From: Spirochaetia bacterium
GTDB taxonomy: Bacteria > Spirochaetota > Spirochaetia > WTKD01 > G963693115
NCBI GenBank assembly: GCA_965216965.1
Contig: CBDCGX010000014.1
Coordinates: 29,445 to 93,444, forward strand
DNA: 64,000 nt
Direction: 5' to 3'
In this document: one piece after another, positions 39,620 through 50,100 of the stretch
Layout of the letters: each line of letters opens with the position of its first letter
Numbering within the stretch: position 1 is the first letter of the stretch
Translations under genes and position numbers: made by a program
Notes under the pieces: model-generated
Databases searched by the model: none
The model's input: the letters and a program-made list of their open reading frames with translations, nothing else
What the model was told of the DNA's origin: nothing

Positions 39620-41518
39620 TTATTGCAATCTAAAAATCCCATAACCATCTTTATCATTTCTTACAAAAGATATGGAGTCTATATTCTTTGCATATGTCTT
39701 TGCTTTTGTAGAAGTTCTAAAAACAATATTGGTAGATTTTGGAAGCGTTGCTATTTTCCAATTGTTATTGATTTTTGTATTTATATTCTTTTGCTCAATT
39801 ATGTAATTTATTAAAGCCTGTCTATTTTCATCTGGAAATTCTATAAGTATATTTTTACCATCCTTATTTATAATTCTATTTGTAGAAGCTCTATAATTAT
39901 TTGTAATCAAAATAAATACGTCATTATCTTTCAAAGGAGTACCATCGCTTTTCCTTATATTCTTGATCCTATTAGCATTTTTATTAAGCAGATTCTGTCT
40001 TCTGTCATATTTTGCAGGCTGTGTCACATCTATTTCGTATTCAAGACCATCTATTACATCAAAGTTATATGCTGGAGCTTTTTCGTTTATGACATTTTGT
40101 TCCTTAGTTACATTAGGATCTATTTGATTAAATATATGTGCTGCCCATTCAAGCATTTCTTTTAGCTCGGCACCACTTACTTTGAGAGCAATAATAGTAT
40201 TGGGATATAAATATAAATCGGCAGTGTTTTTAACAGCAATAGAGCCCTTTTCTATTACAGTATAGTAATCTGCCCCCATTCTTCCTCCAGATTTAAACGG
40301 TGCTGCAGCAGAAATAATCTCTATTCCTTCATATTCAGTTCCCTTTAAATGTTTTTTAGCATACCATTTTTGAGCATCATTTATTATTTGAATACTTGGA
40401 TCATCTCTCACCAATGCGAAATAACTATTCACATCATCGCTTATAGTACCAATAGGTTTTCTAATGTATGCTTTGACTAACTTATCATCTTTAGCCAATA
40501 TGTTTAATATTTCCGAATCAGCCTCATAGTCTTTCCCTTCTTCAATTTTAGAAGTTCCTTTATCAACTACCCATATTCCTTTTTCTTTACGTAAGTCTAA
40601 ATCTATTACACCAAGATATTTACCCAATGAAGCTGCCATAACAGTTGGTTTTGAAAACAATGTTCCCTTATCATTATCTATGTCTTCTCCCTCATAATAT
40701 GGTTTTTTAGGAAACGGAAATTTTAAATGAGAATGTCCCGTAATAATTACATCAATGTCATCAACATCTCTTGCAATAAGATATGAGGTGTTTTCTTCGG
40801 CATCTTTATCTAAAGATATTCCTCCATGATTAAGCATAACAACTATATCAACTCCTTTTCTCTTTAATAGTGCCGCATATTTTTTTGCCTCATTTACAGT
40901 CGACTTTACCTTTAATTTTCCTTCTAAATTTAGCTTATCCCATACTAATATCCTTGGTGGAACCAGCCCAAACACTCCTATATTTACTATGCCCTTAGTA
41001 CCGCTTTCAGTTGTTATTTCTTTCTTCAAAATAACGTACGGAGTAAAATAGTTTTCTCCAGAAGGTTTATATACGTTTGCAGAAACAACATAAGCATCTA
41101 ATTTTTCGATTATGTATGTAATGAAATCTAACCCATAATTAAAATCATGATTCCCTAAATTAATAACATCATACCCTGCAGCATTCATTGCCTTAACCAT
41201 GGGATGACCATTATCTAAATTTTCTATTTTTGAAAAATAATCCCCCAACGGGGTTCCTTGAAAAGTATCTCCATTGTCTACTAGGAGAGTATTGGTTTTT
41301 TTTGATCGTATTTCTTTGATAATGGTTACTAATTTTGAAAGGCCAATTTTCTCGCTTGGCGCATCCTTAAAATAGTCATAATTGAGTGCATTAGCATGCA
41401 AATCAGTAGTTGACATTATCACTAAATGGGCTCTACTGCCATCAGATACATTATCTCTTACAAGTCTCTGGCAACTCAATATCAAAATAAACAACAAAAA
41501 TAAAAATATTTTTTTCAT
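39620..41518 (-). CDS. Bifunctional metallophosphatase / 5'-nucleotidase-family lipoprotein (CpdB / 2',3'-cyclic-nucleotide phosphodiesterase-like)
   Basis: It has a lipobox (..FILILSC-Q), metallophosphatase motifs (TTDLHAN, DNGDTFQG, GNHDFN, ..GHSH..) and a C-terminal 5'-nucleotidase substrate-binding domain. Confidence 0.85.
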   Translation of the reverse strand: MKKIFLFLLFILILSCQRLVRDNVSDGSRAHLVIMSTTDLHANALNYDYFKDAPSEKIGLSKLVTIIKEIRSKKTNTLLVDNGDTFQGTPLGDYFSKIENLDNGHPMVKAMNAAGYDVINLGNHDFNYGLDFITYIIEKLDAYVVSANVYKPSGENYFTPYVILKKEITTESGTKGIVNIGVFGLVPPRILVWDKLNLEGKLKVKSTVNEAKKYAALLKRKGVDIVVMLNHGGISLDKDAEENTSYLIARDVDDIDVIITGHSHLKFPFPKKPYYEGEDIDNDKGTLFSKPTVMAASLGKYLGVIDLDLRKEKGIWVVDKGTSKIEEGKDYEADSEILNILAKDDKLVKAYIRKPIGTISDDVNSYFALVRDDPSIQIINDAQKWYAKKHLKGTEYEGIEIISAAAPFKSGGRMGADYYTVIEKGSIAVKNTADLYLYPNTIIALKVSGAELKEMLEWAAHIFNQIDPNVTKEQNVINEKAPAYNFDVIDGLEYEIDVTQPAKYDRRQNLLNKNANRIKNIRKSDGTPLKDNDVFILITNNYRASTNRIINKDGKNILIEFPDENRQALINYIIEQKNINTKINNNWKIATLPKSTNIVFRTSTKAKTYAKNIDSISFVRNDKDGYGIFRLQ

Positions 41519-41542
41519 AACAAACTCCTCATTATTTTTTTT

Positions 41543-41564
41543 TATAGATAATATATTATCTATA
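41543..41564. promoter_or_regulatory. Perfect 22-bp palindrome (candidate operator) upstream of the nucleotidase gene
   Basis: TATAGATAATATATTATCTATA equals its own reverse complement. It lies 25-46 nt upstream of the start codon at 41518. Confidence 0.45.
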
Positions 41565-41665
41565 AATACAGTATAGATGAAAAGAAGTTCTTACCACAAT
41601 AAAAAATCTTAAAAAAATAGAAAAAAGAAAACCGAAAAATACTAAGATACATACTTCTCCCTCCA

Positions 41666-43768
41666 TTAAAGTTTTTTCTTTTTATTATAATTACTACCCA
41701 TAAACAATTCAATTACCTCAATTTCTTTTTTGCATTGTAATAATTGCTCTCTAAACTCCTCATGTTGAAGGAATGTATTAACCTGAGTAAGGATTCCTAA
41801 ATGAGGGTATTCTTTAGGAACAGCTATTAGCACGAAAATATGAGAAGGTTTTTTATCAAATGAATCAAAATCAACTCCTTCCTTCTTTAAGCCAATTACA
41901 ATCTTAGGTAGTTTGCAGGCTTGACTCCTCGCATGGGGAATAGCTATACCATATTGCATTCCTGTGGAAAATGTTTCTTCTCTCTCAAATATATCTTTCA
42001 ACAAAAGTTTTATATCACTTAAATAACCGCCCTTTGCGAGAAGACTCGCAAGTTCTTCTATAACCTTATTTTTTGAGTGAGCTTGTATTGACATATTAAC
42101 TAAAAAAGGTGAAATGAAATTTTCCAACGAAGCATCTTGCGAAGCATCTCTTTCAATTCCTAGTGTGTTTTTTGCAATTTGATTTACTCGCTCTTTTACT
42201 ATTTGAGCAGATTCTGCAATATCAGTGGCAGCTTCGTATAATGCAGTTTTAAAGAAAGGGATGCTTTGTTTATCAGAAAAAAATATCAACTTTCCTGTAT
42301 TAAAAGAATGAAGAGTAAAAAACATATTATCTTTTCTTATGTGATATATGTTTCTATCAGACTGACCAATTTTATTGGTAAGGAACCCTTCTTCTTCCAT
42401 CAGAATTAGAAAATCAGAAACTATAAATCGTGCAAGTTGCCAATGTTCAAAATCAATTTCAGTTTTTTCTGTGTTAGTCTTCTCAGGGTGATATGTTCCT
42501 TTTTTAGGTAAAGAAATCAATATATGGAGAAAGAATGGAGCTAACAACGCATTAATAATTACCATCATCATTACAGCATTATACAATGTGTTATTTATTA
42601 TTCCCGCAGAAAGACCTAAACTTCCAATAATGAGAGCAACTTCTCCTCGAGGTGCCATTCCTGTTCCAATGCGTGTAGCTCCAAGCACATTAAACCCAAG
42701 CCCCAAAGAGGGGAGTCCTGCCCCAAGAAACTTTGCAATCATGCACATTATGCTATAGCCCATACCTAATAAGAAAATTTCAGGTTTTAAAAACTCAAGA
42801 ACAGAAATCTGCATTCCACTTACAATAAAAAATATGGGAACAAATAATAAAAGAATAGGAGAAAGCTTTTCCTGTATTACATATGACAGATCAGTGTTAG
42901 AAATTGTAAGCCCTATAACGTAAGCTCCAATAATCATGGATAGCCCCCATGTTTCAAACAATGCCCCAAGAAAAAATGCCATTCCCAAAACAACTATAGA
43001 AATGCTTGTTATATCACCTATTGTCTTTTTAAGCCCTCGCCCTAACTTTCTTGCAAAAAGAATTCCTATGACTGTCGAACCTAACCATATACCCAAAGAC
43101 TTTATAGCGATAAAAAATATTTTTATCATGTCTGGTGCAGCTCCTACTTGTGTTTTCACATCGCTAATCCCTATTACTATAGCGAGAATAACAATTCCTA
43201 TAACATCATCAAATACTGCTGCCGAAAGAATAGTAACACCTTCAGGGCTACTTATTTTTCTTTTTGATGATAAAACACTTGTAGTAACTCCTACAGATGT
43301 CGCAGTAGCTATAGTTCCCATTAATAAATGAGATGGATGAAATGGCGGCAACCCAGGAAAAAATAGTGTGCTTATATAGTATCCCCCAAAGAATGAAGCT
43401 ATAACTCCTCCTAGACCAACAATAGTTCCCTTGAGTGCATATCGCATAAATAGGTTTACATCTGTTTCTAGCCCAGAATGGAATAACAACATTACAGAGG
43501 CTATTATAGAAAGGTCAAGAAGATTCCTAGAAACATTTATTCCTCCTTCAATGCCCTTAGGAAATATACCATGAGGGAAAAAAGAGGTAAAAGGGATGCC
43601 CCCTAAAACAAATGGACTTAAGAATACTCCTATAATAATATATCCAACAACACTAGGGATTGAAATTTTCTTTGATACCTTATCTACAAGGAATGCACAT
43701 ACTATTATGACAGATAGTTGAAATAACAATACAGTTGTTGAATAAAGTGCGTTGGTGCCTTCTTCCAT
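41666..43768 (-). CDS. Cation:proton antiporter (Na_H_Exchanger/CPA family) fused to an unassigned cytosolic module and a C-terminal PTS EIIA type-2 (Fru/Ntr) domain
   Basis: 700 aa. Residues ~1-425 are polytopic (..LLFHSGLETDVNL.., ..GAYVIGLTISNTD.., ..GMAPRGEVALII..). Residues ~550-700 carry the EIIA-2 pattern ..REETFSTGMQYGIAIPHARS...PSHIFVLIAVP.., with the phospho-acceptor at His612. Confidence 0.85.
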   Translation of the reverse strand: MEEGTNALYSTTVLLFQLSVIIVCAFLVDKVSKKISIPSVVGYIIIGVFLSPFVLGGIPFTSFFPHGIFPKGIEGGINVSRNLLDLSIIASVMLLFHSGLETDVNLFMRYALKGTIVGLGGVIASFFGGYYISTLFFPGLPPFHPSHLLMGTIATATSVGVTTSVLSSKRKISSPEGVTILSAAVFDDVIGIVILAIVIGISDVKTQVGAAPDMIKIFFIAIKSLGIWLGSTVIGILFARKLGRGLKKTIGDITSISIVVLGMAFFLGALFETWGLSMIIGAYVIGLTISNTDLSYVIQEKLSPILLLFVPIFFIVSGMQISVLEFLKPEIFLLGMGYSIMCMIAKFLGAGLPSLGLGFNVLGATRIGTGMAPRGEVALIIGSLGLSAGIINNTLYNAVMMMVIINALLAPFFLHILISLPKKGTYHPEKTNTEKTEIDFEHWQLARFIVSDFLILMEEEGFLTNKIGQSDRNIYHIRKDNMFFTLHSFNTGKLIFFSDKQSIPFFKTALYEAATDIAESAQIVKERVNQIAKNTLGIERDASQDASLENFISPFLVNMSIQAHSKNKVIEELASLLAKGGYLSDIKLLLKDIFEREETFSTGMQYGIAIPHARSQACKLPKIVIGLKKEGVDFDSFDKKPSHIFVLIAVPKEYPHLGILTQVNTFLQHEEFREQLLQCKKEIEVIELFMGSNYNKKKKL

Positions 43769-43846
43769 ATCTAAACTCCGATAACTATAATTTACATATA
43801 GTATAGCACCAATCTTAAGTCTATTTGGTGATTTTGTAATAGAAAA

Positions 43847-45944
43847 TTAGCTATATGAACAAAAAAGATCAACTACTGATGTTTCACTTGTACATGCAAG
43901 TAGTTTTTCTCTAAATATAGCATCATTTAAAAACTTAGTTACCTGTGAAAGGATGCCTAAATATGCAAAATCTTTAGGAATAGCAAATAAAATAAAAATA
44001 TTTGAAGGTTGTTTATCCATAGAATCAAAATCAATTCCTTCTTTTTTAATTCCAATTACTATTTTTGGTTCTTTACATGCAATACTTTTGGCATGGGGGA
44101 ATGCAACTCCTTTCTCAAGACCTGTAGAAAAAGTATTTTCTCTTTCCAAAATATCATTTAAAAAGACTTGCTTGTCATGCAAAAAACCCCCCTTATCAAT
44201 TAAATTGATAAGTTCTTCTATTACTTCTTTCTTAGTTTTTGACTTTATTTGTAAAAGAATTAAGAAAGGAGAAAGAACAGATTTTATATCAATTTTTTCT
44301 GGAGAAGAAACAAGGGGTAATGACACCTCTTGTTTCTTGATTGTTTTCTCATTAAATATTTTAATTTTTTTCTCCAATATATGGGCAGACGCTGTAATAT
44401 TCATTGCGGCTTCGTAGAGTGCAGTTTGAAAAAAGGGAACACTCTGTATATCAGAAAGAAAAACTATTTTTCCTTTAGAATGCACATGCATAGTAATAAA
44501 CATGGCATTTTTTCTAATGTGATAGATGTTTTTTTCTTTTGATCTAATCTTATTTATAAAAAAACTTTCTTCTTCCATCAACAATAAAAAATCATCTACA
44601 ATAAATCGAGTAAGTTTGGGGTCTTCTATATCTACTTCAACAGAATGGTCTTCACTTTTAATTGTTTTTTTAGTCCCCATTTTCTGAGATGTGTATAGTG
44701 TTTGAGCTACAATTGAGGTAACAAATGCACTGCTTATAATCATAAACATAATCGCACTATACAAAGAACTTGTTATAAAACCTGCCGATAGGGCAAAGCT
44801 TCCTACAATAAGCGAAACTTCCCCTCGTGATACCATTCCTATTCCTATACGTGTTGAACCAAGGCTATTAAAACCAAGAAAAAAAGAAGGAATAGCAGAT
44901 CCAATAAACTTTGTTATAATAGCAGCAAAACTAAGCAATATACCTAAGAAAAGCACAGAGGGGTTTAGAAATTCTGGTATGTTTACTTTCATTCCACTTA
45001 CAATAAAAAATATTGGTATAAAAAATTTAGAAATTGGAAACAGCTTTTCTTGTATAACATATGAAAGATCTGTATTAGAAATGGTAAGCCCCACAATGTA
45101 GGCACCCACTATTATAGACAACCCTAATATTTCAAAAACTCCCCCTATAATAAGTGTCATACCAAATACAAAAAGAGCCATGTGTATTGTGTTTTTTGTT
45201 GTTTTCTTAATCCAGTAACTTATTTTTCTTGAACAAACAATTCCAATAATAGTAGAACCAGCCCATAAAGCAATTGCTTTTATAGTAATAATAATTATTT
45301 TAACAGCACTAATAGAAGAAGACGCATCATTAGTATTATGCAGCTCAGAAACTCCTAGGACTATAGCAAACAATATAATGCTTATCACATCATCAAAAAT
45401 TGCAGCTGCAAGTGTAGTAACACCTTCTGGAGTACTCATCTTCTTTTTACTAGAGAGTACATTTGTAATAATCCCTATTGACGTTGCACTACTTGCCACG
45501 CCTACAAATAAATGAGTGCTATGAAACGCACTTAAGTCTGGAAAAATAAATTTACTTACAAGGTAGCCCCCTAAAAAATGAGACAGTAATTTCACTTATT
45601 CCTATGAGACTTCCTTTTATAGAATAACGAAGGAAGAGATTGACATCTGTTTCAAGCCCCGAATAAAAGAGTAGGGTAATTGCTGCTATATTTGAAAAAT
45701 ATTCTAAAACTTGAACATGCCCCCCTCCTGTGCCTTCGCCAAATAAACCATTTGAAAATATAGAACCAAGTGATATTGACCCTAGCATGAATGGACCTAT
45801 GATAATACCAAAAATGATATATCCTATAGTGCTTGGCATAGCAAGAAGTTTGCTTATTTTCTCTGCCATTAACCCACCAATTGTTACAACTCCTATTTGA
45901 ATTATAAGTTGAATAATAAGGTTTGTATTTTCAAAGGATCCCAT
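43847..45944 (-). pseudogene. Paralogous antiporter-EIIA fusion, interrupted by a single-base frameshift in a T-run near 45576-45581
   Basis: ORF 45552..45944 is the N-terminal 130 aa and ORF 43847..45595 is the rest. It has the same three-part architecture as the neighbour (..GLETDVNL.., ..GAYIVGLTISNTD.., ..RENTFSTGLEKGVAFPHAKS..). On the minus strand the break reads TCATTTTTTAGGGGGCTAC. Deleting one T gives ..SFLGGYLVS.., aligning with ..SFFGGYYIS.. in paralogue 1. Confidence 0.8.
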
Positions 45945-45978
45945 GAGATTATTATATTACTTTAATACACTTTATTTA

Positions 45979-46005
45979 ATCTGTTTATAGAATATATAAA
46001 CAGAT
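45979..46005. promoter_or_regulatory. Perfect 11-5-11 inverted repeat (candidate operator) in a divergent promoter region
   Basis: ATCTGTTTATA-GAATA-TATAAACAGAT lies between the antiporter start (45944, minus) and the RND adaptor start (46083, plus). Confidence 0.45.
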
Positions 46006-46082
46006 ATACTTATAGAAAACATACAAACATATCTATCATCTATAAAGATGGTTTTATGATATAATTCATTTATAGATATACC

Positions 46083-47138
46083 ATGAAAACAAAATCGAGT
46101 AATACTTTCTATTCTCCTCATAAAAAAAAACATTCTTTTATTATGTATCTTCTCATCATATTTCTGATGGTATTTATCCCATTTTTGTTTTCGTGTAATA
46201 AATCCAATACTCCACAAAAAGGACAGCCTAGTAAGAAACAAAATACAAAACTATTAAACTCCAAGAAAAAAAGAAATAACAAAATAAAAGAAAAAATAAT
46301 AAATATTGCAATTCAATCTATAAAACCCTCTTCTATTACAGAGCGAATACGTATGGGTGCACAGGTTACAAGTTTATCAAGAGTTAATCTTACTCCCAAT
46401 GCTGGAGGTACTATTACATCCATCATAGTAAAAGAAGGGGACTTTGTTAGAAAGAACACCACACTCTTGTATGTAGATTCTTCAAAAGCAGGAAAAAAAT
46501 TCCTTCCCAACCCTGTACGAACTCCCATAGATGGTATTATTGCATCTCTTCCATTAGGAGTAGGAAATACAGTAACAACGGCGACTCCTGTTGTTGTTAT
46601 AGTTGATAGTAAAAAGAAACATGTTACTGCATCTGTATCTGAAAAGAAAGTACTTCTAATTAAGAAGGGGCTTTCCGCTATATTCCACCCAATTGTATTT
46701 CCTACAACAAACATAGGCCTTACTATAAACGAAATAAGCTCAAAAGTATCAAAAAATCACTTGGGAAATATTATTCTTACATTTAAATCACCCCAAAAGA
46801 ATAAAAATATAATTGATACTCTTTTGCCAGGGATGTACGGAGCTCTTGTCATAGATATCAAAACATATACCAATAAAATTGTCGTGGATAGCAACACTAT
46901 TGTAATTAAACCATATAATGGGCAATATATGAGAGGGATTTTTACCGTAGATCCGTCAGAAAAACCACCACAAACAACTTTCAATCCTGTTACAACAGGT
47001 ATAGAGGATGCTAATAAAACTGAAATTACGAGTGGCATAAAAGAAGGTGACTTTGTAATTACTGAAGGACAAACCTTTGTCTTTCCAAACACAGAAGTAA
47101 CTATTATGAAAATAAATGGCGAATTACAAAAAATATAA
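46083..47138 (+). CDS. Efflux RND transporter periplasmic adaptor (membrane fusion) lipoprotein
   Basis: It has a lipobox (..PFLFSC-N), a lipoyl-like hairpin (..NAGGTITSIIVKEGDFVRKNTTLLYVDS..) and a beta-barrel C-terminus. It lies directly upstream of the RND permease. Confidence 0.8.
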   Translation: MKTKSSNTFYSPHKKKHSFIMYLLIIFLMVFIPFLFSCNKSNTPQKGQPSKKQNTKLLNSKKKRNNKIKEKIINIAIQSIKPSSITERIRMGAQVTSLSRVNLTPNAGGTITSIIVKEGDFVRKNTTLLYVDSSKAGKKFLPNPVRTPIDGIIASLPLGVGNTVTTATPVVVIVDSKKKHVTASVSEKKVLLIKKGLSAIFHPIVFPTTNIGLTINEISSKVSKNHLGNIILTFKSPQKNKNIIDTLLPGMYGALVIDIKTYTNKIVVDSNTIVIKPYNGQYMRGIFTVDPSEKPPQTTFNPVTTGIEDANKTEITSGIKEGDFVITEGQTFVFPNTEVTIMKINGELQKI

Positions 47139-47165
47139 TGTATTTTTACGAGGAGAAGCACATAT

Positions 47166-50100
47166 ATGATCATTTCAAAACTCATTAAAAAACCAATAAG
47201 TGTGCTCATTCTATTTCTTATAGCCATAGGATTTGGAATCTATGTCACGTTTAATCTCCCTATAGAGCTAATACCTAATATAGAGATTCCCACGGTATCT
47301 ATTATTACCAAGTATCAAAATACAAATGCCGAAGAAATAGAAGAAACTATTACAAAACCTATAGAGCAAGCACTTCAATCACTTAAAAATGTAAAAGAAA
47401 TATCTTCAATTTCTTTAGAAAATCAAAGTGCCGTAACTGTAGAGTTTGAATATGGAACTTCTAATTCAGATAATATTAATAACTTAAGAGAAGCACTTGA
47501 TCAAGCAAAAAACTTTCTACCAATTAATGCTAAATCTCCTATTGTCTTTCAATTTAATCCTAGTATGATTCCTGTTTTAGCACTTTCTATTTCTGGAAAT
47601 AGAACTGTTAATGATATACAAAAAATAACTGAAGATGTATTATTACCATATTTTGAGCAAATAGATGGCATTGCTAACACAAAAATTCTCGGTGGGGAAG
47701 TACAAAAGGTATTTGTAAATGTAGATTTATACAAGATAAAATCCTTTGGAATTACCACAACTGATGTAAAAAATGCTATTTCACTCAATAGCAAACGTAC
47801 CTCCCTTGGAACAATAGACACAGACTCCCTTAGTATTGCACTTCTCCTCAATACAAAATTTACAGACATAAATCAAGTAAAAAATGTTGTTGTTAAAAGC
47901 ATAGAAAATGCTAATGGAACTACAAGTTATATACGCGTTAAAGACGTTGCAGAGGTATATAAAGGATTTAAAAAAGAGTCCGAACAATATATATACGTAA
48001 ATGAAAAACCTTCAATAACTGTTCTTATTAGAAAACAAAACGATAAGAGCATAGTAGAAGTGTCAGATAATATCATAGCATCGCTAGAGCAAATAAAAGA
48101 AATTGCACCAGTTGATTTTAGTTTTGACATAATTGCTGATAATTCTCTCATGATACGAAATAACATAAAAACAATTATAGGTGCAATAATCTCAGGTGCC
48201 TTTCTTGCCGTTATAATATTACTTATCTTTTTAAGAAACATTGCCGCCGTAATGGTGATTTCCATTACTATTCCTGCATCCATTGTTCTTACTCTTATGC
48301 TTATGTATTTCTTTGACATGTCTCTTAATGTATTTACGCTTGCTGGACTTGCCCTTGGAATAGGTATGCTTGTTGACAATTCTATTGTCGTACTTGAAAA
48401 CATATATGCAAAAAGAATGAGTGGGTTACGCCTTCTTTCTGCATCAGAATACGGATCTACCGAAATGATGCGACCCATACTTACTTCTACGCTTACTACC
48501 ATTTCTGTTTTCTTACCAATGATTATATTTAAAAAAGAATTAGGTGTTATTGGATCACTTTTTGCTAACCTTTCCTTTACAGTTGTAATGTCTATTATTG
48601 CATCATTTCTTATTGCAGCATTTGTCCTTCCTGTTATTACAAGCACTTACATTAAAATACATCCACTAAAACATACGGGAACACTAAAAAAATTCGATAA
48701 AAAATTTGAAAACACGCTTGCTTCTACTTTAGATGTATACAAAAACATACTTTCTTATATGCTTTCAAGGAGAAAACGGTTTATAGCATTGATACTTCTG
48801 ATTTCACTTTTACCCCTTGCACTTATGCCAATATTCAAATTCCAATTCAATCCTGACGTAAAAAAAGATAATTTACAGGTAAATTTTACCTTTCCAAGTG
48901 GAACAAACCCCAAATATATGCGAGATATTATGCGAGAGCTCAATGTAAAAATAAAATCATTTATTCCTGATATAAAATATACATTGCTCAGCTCTTCTTC
49001 AAACAAAGGAGGAGCAAATAGCAACCCTATTGTTAGAGACAACGGGTATACCGCAGCCCCAGGAAAGGGGAAAATCACATACATTCTTACTAAATCAAAA
49101 AGTACTTCTGATCTTCAGAAAACGATAGAAAAAATAAATACAATTGCATCTCAATACATAGGAATAGAATATTCTGTCCATATTTCTGACAATAGAGCAA
49201 GTGGTAATTCTGTATTTTCGGGATCAAAATTTATCCTTAAAGTAAAGTCCGATAACTATAATAATTTACTTGAAACAGTGGAGACCTATAAAAGAGTCCT
49301 TGAAAAAAATCCTAAACTATCAAGAGTACGAGATGATCAAGCAAATAGAATTCCTGAATATACATTCAATATTGATACCGTAAAGGCAAACCTTGATAAT
49401 CTTACCGTAAATACAATTGCAACTGAACTAAAAAATTCTATTGCTGGTTCTACTGCTTCAAGATTTACTGAGGGAGCAAAGGAGAGAGATATATACGTAC
49501 AGCTCTCAGATAAATATAGAAAAGATACCACTATAATTGACCAAATTGATGTAAGAAATAAGAAAGGAGTACTTCTGCCTGTATCTAACTATGTTTCAAA
49601 AAAACAATCGCTTGGAATTTCTCAAATATCTCGCCAAGGATATCAAAGAACAATACAAATAACAGCAGATATCATACCAGGAGAAAGCGTAACAAAAGTA
49701 ATAAGCGAAATAAAAACCACCTTAAGGGGCATCCCTAAAGATGACAATCTCACATATATTTTTGATGGTAGCTACAAAGATTTACAAAAAAACTTTTCCC
49801 TTATGTTACAAATATTTCTAATTGCCGTTGTTTTTGTGTTTGGAATTATGGCAAGCCAGTTTGAATCATTATTAGATCCCTTTATAATTATTTTTACTAT
49901 ACCACTAACGCTTTTTGGGGTTCTGATAGTCTATGCAATTGTAGGACTACCAATTACTTCTTTTACTATGGTAGGACTGGTTGTACTTGTTGGTGTCGCT
50001 GTAAACCACGGAATTGTCTTAATAGATTACATTAATCTTCTTATCAAACGCGGAGAATCGTTAACCGATGCTATCCTTCACGCAGCCACAAGTAGATTTA

